From the NCBI RefSeq assembly GCF_009914755.1, contig NC_060932.1: 64,000 nt of DNA, one strand, 5' to 3'. Every line of letters starts with the position of its first letter. Position 1 is the first letter of the stretch. A program made the translations under genes and the position numbers. Shown in pieces: positions 1 to 13,186 of the stretch. The stretch comes from the human T2T-CHM13v2.0 reference genome, Homo sapiens. The notes beneath the pieces were generated by a model that did no database searches, had not been told where the DNA came from, and was given only the letters and a program-made list of their open reading frames with translations.

Positions 1-552
1 CCAGAAATATGTATCATCCATATGCATATTCACATACTTTGGAGGGGGGAGTATAGGTGTGTTCCTCAAGTACGTATATATTATTTTGTGCACGTATTAA
101 GGGTTTATCCACTTTGCTTCTCCATGTACAGACTTCTATTGGATTCAGTAAGGAATCAGAATGATTAATTTCACAAATAAAAAAGAAACTATTTTTTATA
201 AGCTAAGATATGCTGTAAAGTTATTCTTACAGAGCTATATTTAGTTGAAATCAGATCTAGCAGAGATGGAGATATTTTGCTACACATATTCTACTTCCAA
301 ATACTTTTTAATTACTTTCTCCTATAAACCATTCTTGGGATTTCTCAACTCTCAATGTAGATAAGGTATTTATATCATACTAAGGATCACACAAATTAAA
401 ATATGAATATTATTTCAAACCTCTTATTTTCAATAATAAAAATTGGATTGTCTAAGCATTCCAGTTTAATTTACTTTGCTTCAGTTATAATTCACATACA
501 TAAGAGGATAACAATAATTTTTTAAATTATAATTTTATTATCAAAATAGATG

Positions 553-1094
553 CAGTGCAGAAAAGAGTTAACACAGTAGGCCTGAGACTGCTATCCTTAG
601 AAAGCCCTGCTTGTAAGGTTGGCCCTTAGCTGGCATCTAGAAATTTAGATTTGGGGAGAATTCCCATCATTCCCTAACTGGTAAGAGTGGCTTATTATGT
701 ATAAATTGTTTGTGTAAACAGTATGGTTTATGCTAAACATAAATTCCATTCAAACAGGAATTTGGAATTTTGGTGTGTGCTAGGTAGGATGTGCCTGTGT
801 AACCAGCTCCAGTAGAAACCTTGGGTACTAAGTCTCTAATGAGCCTCCTGGTAGACAACATGGTACATGCATGGTAATAATTCACTGCTGGGGTACTTCA
901 CTGGGAGGGGCCCCTTGGAATCTTGTCCCTAGTTTCCTCCAGACTTTGCTCCATCTGCCTTTTCCTTTTGCTGATTCTGCTTTGCATACTTTTGCTATAA
1001 TAAATCATACCTGTGAGTACAACTATATATTAATTTCTATGAGTCCCTGTAGAAAACCAAGGAACCCTGGTGTAGTCTTGGGACCCCCAACACA
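553..1094 (+). mobile_element. Solo ERV LTR (ERV1-class, MER39/MER34/MER21-like; subfamily uncertain)
   Basis: Starts tgcagaaaagagttaacacagtaggcctgagactgctatccttagaaag; AATAAA near 999; ends gtcttgggacccccaacaca; gatgc on both flanks. Confidence 0.7.
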
Positions 1095-1656
1095 GATGCT
1101 ATAAAATGTCTTTAATCAAAATATCTTCTATTATTTTTCATTTTATATTGTCATTATTTTCATTAGGTGCATCATTTAGGAATAGAGAGAAATAGGCTAA
1201 ATAATTAAGATAAACAAATAATTATATAAATGCTGCTATCAGTAATAATCTTATTAGGCAGGAGATGAAAAAGGCCAACAATCACCTAATTATGAAGTCC
1301 AGAACAATTTGAGTTTTCTCCTAGATTACAGCCCATTTTATAAATGTAAATTTTAGATTATTTGTAACAGATTATAATATCCTAACCAGGTTACTGATAA
1401 TTTTTAGCAATTTCACTTTCTTATAATAGAAATTGATTTCCCTTTAGATGATGATAATCAAGCCTAATCATTTTAATTTCAAAATGGGATATATTTGTTT
1501 TAGGATATCTTTTTAGTCTTAAAAAGCATAAATACATTGGCATGGATTCACTCCACAGCATGTTTTAAAATCAAAATCTACTTAAGTGAAAATTCTGAAC
1601 TCTTCAAATTTGTCTCAAGTATTTCTCAATAATATTTCCAATGGTAGGGAACTTAC

Positions 1657-1709
1657 ATTTTTTTGCAGTGTGGGCATTTTGCCAGAGTGTTGAACCTCAG
1701 TTCCATCCA
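1657..1709 (-). CDS. PIP4P2: PIP4P2 coding exon 5 (WMELRFNTLAKCPHCKKI); gene continues beyond the left edge
   Basis: Acceptor TTTTACAG|TGG and donor AT|GTAAGT; 53 nt, in frame after 486 coding nt; CPHC motif. Confidence 0.95.
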
Positions 1710-3934
1710 CTGTAAAATAAACAAAGAGAGGAATTGAAAAGAAAACAACTGAAAACTATCCAATCTGATAAGACATTTCTTTTACTTTAAATGTCATCAG
1801 GGATCACAACAGAAGCAATCACCTTCTCACGGTTACATGAGTTTTTCCCTCCAATACTTCTCTCCCTCTCTTAAAATACAATATGAGATCCTCCTCTGAA
1901 ATAGTTCCCATGACTTTTCCAATGCTCTGACGCAATCTAGGTTTGCTTTACATGAATACTGAATGTAATACCATAATTGGGGTCATCTTGTTCAGTAAGT
2001 CTCAGTTCACTTCCAACGAATACAATCATATTTCATATACCATCAAAGTTATTTTTCTTTTAAGTCTTGAGGGCTGGCCTTTTAAATACTTGAATATTTA
2101 GATTCATTACTAAAATTAAACTATTTATTCTACTTATGTGAGAAAGTCACCAAGTACATAAACTAAAAAGTCGGGAACTGTTTCCTGTTCTGTCATTGCT
2201 TATACAATATAACAAAAACACACTGCTTAGTACAATTTTCTTCCCTGTAAATCTAAGTAATAAATGTGCTACCTTCCTCACATGAATGTTATTCAGATAC
2301 TTGAAATGACTTACTGGTTGTAGATAGTCTTTGAAGGAATATGCAATATAAATTTAAAGTAAATCTTTATCCCATGAAATATATTTTGTTAAATGACTTT
2401 CTAACAATCTTCTTCTATCTTGTTTGCTTTTCTATATACTTCCTTATAAAGGGTATATTTCCTTGATAGTTTTGGGAAAATTTCTTTAAGTACTTTGGCA
2501 GTTTATCATCAAAACAACATATTTTTATTAAAATTGTTTCATTTGGAAATCTAGGCCAACAATTTTTCTTTTCAGAAGGCTCAAATTCTAGATACGGGGG
2601 TTTCAATAACTTATGGATATTCAAACGTTTTCCACACAATAGAAGATACCTTTTAGAAAATATCTGATGCATACTTTTTTCTTTTATGATTAGAGTTAAG
2701 AAAAGAAAATATAAATTTGGGTTTCCTAAACTCCTTTCTCTTCATTTTTATTTCAAATCTCATGAAATTTAGTTAACCTTGTTATGATCTCGCTTAGTCA
2801 CAACAGGAACATATAGTCCCAAGATAAATAAAAGAGAAATAAAACTTTACATGAATGTTCACTCTCTTTACAAAATGATTATTTTTAAACATCTGCAAAT
2901 GTCAAACCAAGGGCACTTATTTTTCAAGCTAGAGTGAATATTTCTCTCATTAATTATGAGAGAATTACTTATAATATCAATTTGCAACAAGTTAATTTAT
3001 TTTAAAACTGCTCTTAAAGTAAAAATTCTTGAGTTAATGTGCTAAACAGATATTAATATAGATTTCTACAGAAATTGGTATAGAACATTAAGCAGTGGAA
3101 GAATATAGAACTATTATTAAGTGCTTTTTTATGTTTCTGTTACAGGCTTAGGATAGTTACTGAACTTGTAATGTCATTTCAAATGTTATTTATAAATAAA
3201 AAATTTAAGTTTTTCATAGTTAAAAGAAGCAAACTGGTTTGAGAAGGTAATTATGAAACCTTTGAGTCAAGAGTAACTCAAAATCCAAGACTTAAGGCTA
3301 ACAGACTGACATAGGAATTTCAGTATTTTAGATGATGCCTAAGGAGATTGTTTAGTCCAATGTTATCATTTTATAGTGTTCTTCATTTTAGCACAAATTA
3401 TGCATGATAAAATCAATGATAACTGACAAACAGTAGGGACTTTATTCTGTAATTAATGTATTACATTGCCAGCAACCTACCACATCTGGTTTTGTTGTTA
3501 TCTGCAAGTACTCACTTAAACGGAGCAAACTAATAACAAAAAGCATCTATTATTAGAATAATTTTCTTATAATTTATTCAAATGAATCCCAAACCTATGC
3601 TTTGGAAAAGAAGTTGACTTAGTACTGTTCTCTCATCTAAAATCTGGCCTCTGGATTCTTAAAATTTTATTGCCAGACCTTGAAGTCTCATTATACCAAA
3701 AAGAAAAAAATCTTAATTATATCAGCAAGATTAAAAGCAACTTCTCTAAAACCCAATCATTTTTAGTAGAGATCTTCTAAAATTTGACTTATTTCTAACT
3801 ATTCTATAACATGTAATGGATAAATTGAGTTTCCCCAAGATATATTTTGCAACTAATCTTAGAAGATTTGTAAAAAAAAAAAAAAAAAGCTATATTGCTT
3901 AAAACTAATAATTTAATTTTATAGTATCTTACTG

Positions 3935-3985
<51 letters not shown>

Positions 3986-3996
3986 CAGATAGATAC
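3935..3996. repeat. (AGAT)n tetranucleotide STR
   Basis: About 15 AGAT units with one AGAC variant near the end. Confidence 0.97.
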
Positions 3997-6455
3997 AATA
4001 GGCAACTGGTAACACTTTGAAATATGTTCAAGTTAAAACTATTATCCCTCTCTGCTATGGCACCCATTTGTCCCTAGATACAAATGAAAAAAATCTGGCC
4101 CTGCCTGAAGGTACTAAATTGGCCCACTTCAGGGCAAAGTTAGAACTAAGTTGTGTTCACTTTTATTAAAGAACAACAACCCTCAGTCAATGTTGATTAA
4201 CAAAGTATCTGGATATGCCTTTTACCAGCAACAGAGACCATGGGCCCTACAGAAATGTAATAGTAAACTCTGCTGTTCAGTTGTGTTAAGAAACTTCTTT
4301 GCATTTATGGAGAACTAGCTAAAGGCTTTATAAGTCAATTCATTCTTCTGGGAAATTATTTTTCAAACAATGCCCTTCAAATCACCACTCAGGCTAGATG
4401 ATCTCAAAATGGTTTGGAGGGTAAAAAATGTTTGGACATACAACATAAAAACTCCCTCTTAAATATATACAATGGTATATGCTAAAACTGCTAAAGAATA
4501 TCCTATTTTAAATTCTGTTTAATTTTTTAATCCTAGCAATTCCCAACGAACATGGAACTCTTTACTCACAAACACCTGTTATTAACCTATAAAATAAATG
4601 TGCCATTGAATACACTTTGGAAAACGCAAATCTGGCTTTTCTACATTTATCCATGGTCCCAGCTAGGCTGTGGTATGAATAGTGTAAATATTGTGAATTC
4701 CTAGAAAATTTAACCTTACCATTATAGCACTGGTATATTAAACAATGTTATTATAAACAGAAGGATGCTGTGAGAATATGGAGAAGCTAGTCTCTAGCTT
4801 GCATATTACTTTAGCAATTGTGTTTTTTTCTGGGGGTAAAATATCAAAATTAAATTATTTTTAAGTATAAATTTTTTAAATAATAAAAGCCTTGTCACAT
4901 ATAATAGTTCTTTTATCTTAATCCTTGAGAGAATTCTCTCTCAGGAGAGAGAGCTCATTATTTCAGGAAAAGCATTTCCTATGTGATCTTTCCAATAAAA
5001 TATCTTGAGTATTTTGTCACAGGTCATATTTTCTTTTCTTTGACTCTAGAAAACTCAGAGCTAAGATTCAGCCTGATTTTATCAACTGTATTAGACTAAA
5101 TATTAGCATACTCATATTATGCATGACTTCAGGTTGTTTTTTTCTGCCCTAATTATTATTTTTCCTGATTTTTTTTCACATTTGATTTTCAATCATATTG
5201 AACTTAGTGTATCTTTGTAACTTATCTCAATTGCTTTTAGCCTTGCAAGCTAAGTCTAAAACAAAGTAGGAAATGAGTAAATGAATTAACCTAATAATTA
5301 ACAGTGTGAAGGGCAAATAACATATTATGAAGAATATAAGATTAGTCAAGATCAGCATAATAATAAGGATAAGGCTGTAAGAACTTTGTAGTCAGTGTAT
5401 TCTTCATAATACTGAGCATCTCTCATTAATCCAAAACTCTCAAAAGTAACCAATACCTCTCCTATAGGTGTATACAGTGTTCCCCTAATCAACAAAAACT
5501 TCCTATAAAATTTTGAAATCATCTTTAAATACTGTATTTTAATCCAAAACATCTTTTCTTGCTAAAGAATTAAAGTTTTAAATAATAGTTACTCTGCTAA
5601 TATGATAATATGATTCACTTGCCTGCACTGAATGTTAAGTAAGGAAGAGCCAGCTTTAGAAGTTAGTCTCTGAAAGAGCCAGCTTTAGAAGTAAGTCTCT
5701 GGCTTGCACATTACTTTAGTAATTTTCTTCTTGGGGAAAAATATCTAAATGTACAAATTACTTTTTAATATAATAGAAACCATGGCACATACATATCTAC
5801 CTAAACTCTCAATTTAGATCATTCTCTAGAATTCATTGCCAGATGATTCTAAAAATTAAATATAAACCTTTATAACAACTGTCTTTTTGATTGTTCTTTT
5901 CTCCTCATTCCCTTTTCTACCCTATTAGTACAGTCAATTCTCTCTCAAATTCTTTATGCTATTCTTGACTATCATCATCACTTTGCTGAAAAATAAAAGC
6001 CAAAATTCTAGCCTTGTGCTTTTTCAGGCTTGTCTCTTTGCTATCCATTCCTCTCCTATTAGGTTAGAAAATTTCATGAAAGCAGAGACTGTGCTTCCTG
6101 TTCACCACTGTTTCCCTAGCACCTAGCTCAGTGCCTGGTACACACACTCAATATATATAATTGAAAAAATAAAATCATTCCTTTTGTAATGTGGCTACAA
6201 GGATTATCCATGGCAAATATTTGGAAGATAAAACGTAACAAGAAAGAATGCAAGGTAGCTGTAGAAGGGAGATCTCCAGAAGTAGGTTGAAACAAATCTA
6301 TATTGAAGATTTTAAAATTGTGTTACTGTCAAAAGTTTGTTCACATATGAAAAAGAAAATAACAAATATGCTTTATATATTTAATTTAGTTAATTCATTT
6401 AATATCTATTGGTAACTATAGAGTACGTTAGTTTATATTAAATCAGTATATACTG

Positions 6456-6753
6456 ATTTTTATTTATTTTAAAGATAGGGTCTCATTCTATCACCCAGGC
6501 TGGAATGCAGTGGTATGAACATAGCTCGCTGCAACCTCCAACTCCTGGGCTCAGGTAATCCTCCCACCTCAATCTCCTGAGTAGCTAGGACTATAGGTGC
6601 ATGCCACTACCCCTGGCTAATTTTTAAATGTTTTTGTAGAGGTGAGGTCTCTATGTTGCCCAGGCTAGTCTCAAACTCCTGGCCTCAAGTGAGCCTCCCA
6701 TGTTGGTCTCTCAAAGCACTGGAATATCAGGGCATGAGCCACCATGCCCAGCC
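6456..6753 (-). mobile_element. Alu (old, AluJ-like)
   Basis: Poly-T then agatagggtctcattctatcacccaggctgg ... catgagccaccatgcccagcc. Confidence 0.92.
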
Positions 6754-7204
6754 TATAGTGACTTTTTAAAAAGAAAGTTGTTACCTATCCCCACCAAGTA
6801 TATTTTCTAATTTACGTACTTAGTCACTGATTTAATCAATAAAATATAAATGTAACAAAGGAGACATATCCTACTAAATCAGAAAAATCCTAGCAATTCT
6901 GGTTAAATACAGTAAATTGAATAAATGCATGCATTTCCATTTTTTTCCAAACCTGACTAAAATAATAGTAATTGAATTTTGAAATGTATAATACCATAAG
7001 GATAAAAAAAGAGGGACTATGACTTCAAATTTTTGGACAATGGAAAGCAGATGGACTTTGCAACTCACTTAGCGAAAGGGATGTTGAAACTTAACTACCT
7101 ACAGAGAGATAAGCCAATAATGGCAGGCTGCTTCACACTGAAAGACCCAGAATAGACCCTATACTTTTAAAGGTGGAGGCTGGGGTAAGGATAAAGCAGG
7201 AGTA

Positions 7205-7676
7205 TCACAATCCCAAGCTCATTGCAGCATTATTCATAAAAACCAAGATATGGAAACAACCCAAATCTCCATCGACAGATGAACGGATAAAGAAATTGTG
7301 GTATATGCATACAATGAAATATTATTTAGCCTTAAAAAGAAGGGAATTTTGCCATTTGTAACAACATGTATTAACCTGGAAGATATTATGTTAAGTGAAA
7401 TAAGCCTGACACAGGAAGACAAACACTGCACGATCACGCCTGTATGTGGAATGTAAAATAGTTTAATTCATAGAAGCAGAGAGTAGAATGGTGGTTGCCA
7501 GGCATTGAGGTGGGTGAGGAAAGGGGAGATTTTAGTCAAAGAGTACAAAGTCTCAGTTAGGCAGGCTGAATAATTTCTGAAGATCTAATGTACAGTATAG
7601 TGACTATAGTTACCAATATTGTATTATATACTTGAAATTTATTAAGAAGGTAGATCTTTAGTATTCTTACCACAAA

Positions 7677-7721
<45 letters not shown>

Positions 7722-7866
7722 TAACTATATGAGGTAATCAAAATGTTAATTAACTTGATTGTGGTAATCATTTCACAGTATAGACGTATATCAAAACATT
7801 AGGCTGTACACCTCAAATATACAATTTCTGTTGGTCAAATATAACCCAATAAAGCTGGGAAAAAAA
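7205..7866 (+). mobile_element. L1M(A/B)-type 3' end fragment containing (CA)n at 7678-7719
   Basis: ORF2 C-terminal remnant IAALFIKTKIWKQPKSPSTDERIKKLWYMHTMKYY, typical 3'UTR and AATAAA at 7848. Confidence 0.88.
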
Positions 7867-7869
7867 CAG

Positions 7870-10070
7870 AAGTATTGATTGCAAATTCTCACAAAACCAG
7901 AAAACCACCCTTCCCCAATATATTAAGAGAAGAATGATTTATTCTGTAGAGAAATTGGACTATAGAGCTTGTGGACCAGGAACACCAGGCACAGAAGACG
8001 GCACGAATAAAAAGTCACTCTAAAAACAAAGGATTTAAATTAATGTCTATTGTTTGAAAAGCGTGTAAGAGCTTCACCCCTATTACCTCTCTTAGCTCCT
8101 AAAAGGCTGTCTCTCGGGCATATCTCCTACAAGAGATTAGAGGATCTTTCCCCAGAGAAATCTGCCCTAAAGAAAAAAAGACCAATTGATACTAATAGCT
8201 GACAGCTTTACAAAGAAAGAAGAGGAGGAGGAGCAGGAAGAGGATAAGGAAGAGTGGAAGGAGGGGGAGAAGGAGGGAGAGGACGAGGAGGAGACAGTTT
8301 TCACCTATCCCCTGCCTGCATACATAGAGACTCCAATCAGTGACTTGCTCTCAAATATAAACTTCTGCATAAAACTTCTATCAAAAGAAATACCAATAGA
8401 AAAAGTAGTGAGAAAACAGAGATAAGGCATAAAGAAGAAGAATACCTCAGAAAAAATGTAATTAATGGCTTCAGAAAGATGTTTGAAATGCTTGTTCTTT
8501 GGTGCCATAAAGAAATAGCACTTGGACATAAATTTAATTTTCTCAGCAAGGCCATTTTTATACTTTCTGCAGAAAGGGTACACTCGCCAGCAGTTTTGCC
8601 ACAAGAGTACACTGAACAAAAGAGACAGGGTCATTTATAACCTGATGCATCGACCTTACTGCTGTGTCTGGTTTCTATTGGCTGGAACAGGACTTCGCAT
8701 TCTGTATTTGTCTTGATTGGCTAACACCTTAGAACTTTCTAAAAGAGGCAAAGGCAGAGGAGAACAAAGGAAGGAGGAAGTAACTTGTGGAATGCTGAGA
8801 AAGGTAAAAACACCTTCAAATAAGAAGAGGAACAGGCTATGACCAAATGCTTGCTTGGACCAGTATAAACATGCCAGGGCAAATATTTAGGCTAAATTGT
8901 GGGAGCTAAGAACATAAAGTACATTGATTTCTTTATTACAGCTAGCAGATATTTAATAATGTTAGCACAGGTCTTTGAATAAATTTTGCTTCTAAGAAAA
9001 GTTACTATTTACTCCTAATTAGACGGAGACGAAAGTCTTTGAAGAGGAACCTCTACTTTACTTTTTACAAAGATGTCATGAAAAAGGAATGCTATTAAAA
9101 AATCGGAGACAAACAAAGGCTCCTAGAAATTAAAAATTAAGTTAGATCATCTGAAATTAAAATTTTAAATTAAGATGAGGAGATATAATGAAGTTTCCCA
9201 CTAAATAATATGAAAAAACAAAATTAAAAACCAAAAAAATGGAATGGACAATAACAGGGCCCACTGAATATCCAAATGATGAGTTCAAAAAGACCCTCAC
9301 GAAGACATAGACTCATGAAATTTCAGAACACTGAAGAAAATGAAAGAGGAAAAAGAAAAAGAAGAAAAAATATGTCATATCAAAAGGATCAGGTATCACA
9401 ATAGCTGTTGATCTTCTCATCAACAATGGAACAAAGACTTTAAATTTCTGAAAGGTGACAACTGGCAACCTAGAATTGCACATCTAGACAAATTATAAAG
9501 TGAATGTAAGATCAGATTAAAAACCACTTAAGAGAAAAAGAGCTCAAATATAATATTTCCCTGCATCTTTTCTCAGAAAGCAAAGAGTAGATGTGCTCCA
9601 CCAAAATGAAGGAATAAACTAAGAACTCTGAGGATGGCATGGGATCCAACACAGGAAAGAGGTAAAAGGAATTTTCATGATGATGGTGAAGGGAAGGATG
9701 ACAACTATGTAGCAGGAAGCCTAAATAAGAGATTCCTTGATGCAATTAATTATAGTAATAGGTATTTTATAGTTCTACACAAGAATATGAGAAGAATGAA
9801 TGATTTACACATAGAAAATTAAATCCAAAGGAGGGGGCAATTATTTGTAAGTCCAAGAAAATGTTAAAATGCATGCACAAGAAAAATGTACCACATTGCT
9901 TGGTTCAGCTGTGAACAAAATTTACCTAATCATAAAAATTGTAAACACTAAGTATTAATTAAACAAAATGTTGCAATTTGACTGGGAGTATGAAAGCAAG
10001 GAAAGGAATATGAGTGGGAGGGCAGTATAAGTGCTAAGTTCTCATTTTGCAGTTTACTATTTAGTGGGTA
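7870..10070 (+). mobile_element. Ancient HAL1/L1M ORF1-region remnant, interrupted by an LTR
   Basis: Degenerate motifs catgaaatttcagaacactg, caacctagaatt and gatgtgctccaccaaaatgaagga. Confidence 0.6.
8480..9069 (-). mobile_element. Solo LTR10C-like (HERV-I/ERV1) LTR
   Basis: Minus strand begins TGTAAAAAGTAAAGTAGAGGTTCCTCTTCAAAGAC; TG...CA termini; 590 bp; AAGA target-site duplication at 8476-8479 and 9070-9073. Confidence 0.85.
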
Positions 10071-10077
10071 ATGTCTA

Positions 10078-10367
<290 letters not shown>

Positions 10368-11312
10368 TAAACACATAGAAGTGACTATCAATAAAGTAGC
10401 TGAAAGAGTTGAAAGCATTTTGGGAACAGTAACTAGGGGTCAGCTAGATGAGAAGATTGCAGTCCCATTTGACATTTAGAACTATATACATAAAGTTCTT
10501 TAATAAAAGTAAAATTACAAATAAAAAAAAGCAAACCACTTATATTTTCTTAAGCTCATTCATGTCTTAGTGACAGCAGGTTTTGTTTAGACTCCCATGT
10601 GTATACTCTGATAAATATTTTTCATATTCAAGTTCTAAAGAAAATGTTTGTCTCCTATATGGGCTGAACAATAAAAGAAAACCTGTCCTTATCCTTCCTG
10701 ACAGGGTAAGTTAATTATGAATTTAACTTTAAAAAAAATCAAACTAAGTTTAAGTTAGAAGTAGTAAAACAAAAACTTTTATAACTTTTGCTCATATCAA
10801 ATTACTTATACTTTCTTATTCTTTATCTAATGGTTTTATCTAATTATGGGTAACAGTGTTAATTCCCTTTGCTCCAAGAATAATTTATAAAAGTCAGAAA
10901 ATTTTTGATAAATTATTATTCAAATTTTTCCTCAATCTAGAAGCCATGAAGCAAATCTACTGCATGAGATTGTGCACTTTGACCTCTGCTGAGCAGGTGA
11001 GAGCAGGGCTAAGACTCAGCTGCTCCCCAAGCCAAGATACTCATGGAACTAAGCCTGGGCACGATTTCTCATTGGCCTACATAGAGAGGATCCTTTTTGC
11101 AACTGGACTTATCAGAGGACGTACCTTTTATCTAGTTCACAGAAGATGCTCTATATCCTAGTTGCACTTCTGATTGTCTGCCTAAATAAGTCTCTATTTT
11201 AATATTTTGATTAATTTGCATTTGGACAAAACTATAAGACTATGAGCAGTGCTCTAATCTGTAAGATCATGACCTATATTTACAGATTAATGACAAATGT
11301 CCAGTGACTTAC

Positions 11313-11436
11313 CAGGAATGTGTTTCCACAGTGCCCACACACGACCCTTGTACCTTCTGGTTGGATTGGCAATGCAGGCTGAGCTGGTTGTTCTTCAGAA
11401 ATAAGCATTACTGGGCCAAGGTTAATTATCCGTCTA
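11313..11436 (-). CDS. PIP4P2: PIP4P2 coding exon 4 (CRRIINLGPVMLISEEQPAQPALPIQPEGTRVVCGHCGNTFL)
   Basis: Acceptor TTTTCACAG|TAG and donor CTG|GTAAGT; 124 nt; overlaps ORF-track 11280..11510. Confidence 0.96.
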
Positions 11437-12216
11437 CTGTGAAAAGAGAAAGGAAACAACTTCACTATCCCACAAATGGACTGAGAGCAAAACCTGCAAC
11501 ATATGGCCAAAAATATGAAATGTGCTATACTTGTTTCATAAATTAAGTGAATTAAATGTCAAGCTGGAGGCAAAACTACAAAGAGTAGCAACAGTCAGTT
11601 TTTCAAAAGCAAAATATGAGTCTGTACTTGGGATAGAAACAATATATTATAGCATTGGTCCTAATCAATGGCAACCATTTAACTGTCATTTCCAAGTTTT
11701 TGTAAGTTCAAATCAGAAAACAGTTGTTACCCTTCCTTATCTAGGAAGCCAACTTGAGTTTGGTAGAAGACTAAGTTAAAAATATTCTATACCAACAAAA
11801 ATCTCTGTGCCATGAAGGCACCGAAGGGCTGGGTTACAACCAAATTTCTCTGAGCAGTGTGATATTCCTTGATGCGTATTTAATCAGAGATGAAAAGAAA
11901 GCAAACAGGATCCTGCTTTCATTTCTATTCTCTAGTCTATCATTGGATAGGGCTGTACATGATTCATGTAATGGTCAAAAAGCTAGAGAGATCACAGAAA
12001 AAAAACACAAGTAAGGCCTTTATATACTTGTATCTGGGGACATCCATAATGGTACTGGGCATGAGCGAATAATTCCAGAATTTATTGCACATATACATTC
12101 AGCAGAGATTAGTATAATATACAGTGAGATACACAAAAATAACTAAAACACTTGCAGGTGAAGATTAATTATATCAAAAGTAAACTAAGTGATTACTTTT
12201 TTTTTTTTAAGAGATG

Positions 12217-12318
12217 GGCCAGGCATGGTGGCTCATGCCTGTAATCCCAGCACTTTGGGATCACTTGAACCCAGGAGTTCAAGACAGCCCGGGCAATATG
12301 GTGAAACCCTGTCTCTAC

Positions 12319-12351
<33 letters not shown>

Positions 12352-12503
12352 TTAGCTGGGAGTGGTGGTGTGTGCTTGTAGTCCCAGCTACTCAGGAGGA
12401 GGCTATAGTGGGAAGGCTTTCAGGGCAGAAGGTAGAGGTCACAGTGAGCCAACTCTTTTGAGACTCTTCCCGTTGAGACTCTGTCTCAAAAAAAAAAAAA
12501 AAG
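12217..12503 (+). mobile_element. Alu (AluJ-like) with a long middle A-tract
   Basis: ggccaggcatggtggctcatgcctgtaatcccagc ... gagactctgtctcaaaa. Confidence 0.9.
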
Positions 12504-12514
12504 AGAGAGACTAA

Positions 12515-12786
12515 CAGATGGGGTCTCACTCTGTTGCCCAGGCTGGAGTGCAGAGGCACAGTCATAGCTCATTGAAGGCTTTAATCCCTAGGCCCAAATG
12601 ATACTCCTGCCTCAGTCTCCCAAGTAACTGGGAATATAGGTGCATGCTGTCACACCTGGCTAATTTTTTGTAGAGATGGGGTCTCACTATGTTGCTCAGT
12701 TTGGTCTCAAACTACCAGCTTCAGGCAATCCTCCCACCTCAGCCTCCCAAATTGCTAGGAATACAGGCATGAACCACTGGCCTGAC
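12515..12786 (-). mobile_element. Alu (AluJ-like), inverted relative to the adjacent Alu
   Basis: agatggggtctcactctgttgcccaggctggagtgca ... aggcatgaaccactggcctgacc. Confidence 0.9.
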
Positions 12787-13079
12787 CTCATTATTTTTAA
12801 ATACGTTCAATGTGTCATTGATTTATTACAGTGCATTAAGTACTTACATAACACAAAGAAAACATTCATTGCTCATTTAAGAATATTATATCCTACAAAT
12901 ATCTATGACTAAGTTCAAACTAAGCTTATCATTCCTTTAACAAAAAAATAATCTAGATTCTGGAATGACTTTGAAAACAAAAACTCTTTCTAGAACAAAG
13001 CCTGGCACTGAAGAACCTTTAGTAAATACTTGTTGAATGAACAAATGAATGAATCAATGAATTAATCTTTATCTCTTAC

Positions 13080-13186
13080 CAGTTGGGTCTTGGGCATCCT
13101 ATTCGCCGAGATGTGTCCTTACAAATGAGAAGACAATTACAAGGGCATCTAACATATTTCTTGCCTGTTGGGGGGTTTTTGATTGG
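13080..13186 (-). CDS. PIP4P2: PIP4P2 coding exon 3 ([35 protein letters not shown])
   Basis: Acceptor CTTATCCAG|CCA and donor TG|GTAAGA; 107 nt; contains the CX5R-type motif CKDTSRR. Confidence 0.96.

Noticed and set aside
7173-7437. ORFs with L1 ORF2 C-terminal similarity
   Set aside because: Ordinary truncated L1 3' fragment.
8186-8425. Acidic Glu-rich ORF
   Set aside because: Product of a GA-rich low-complexity tract inside an old L1/HAL1 remnant.
9100-9620. Second L1/HAL1 ORF1-like region
   Set aside because: Heavily decayed with no sustained reading frame; useful only as a neutral comparison for the 61899-62696 element.
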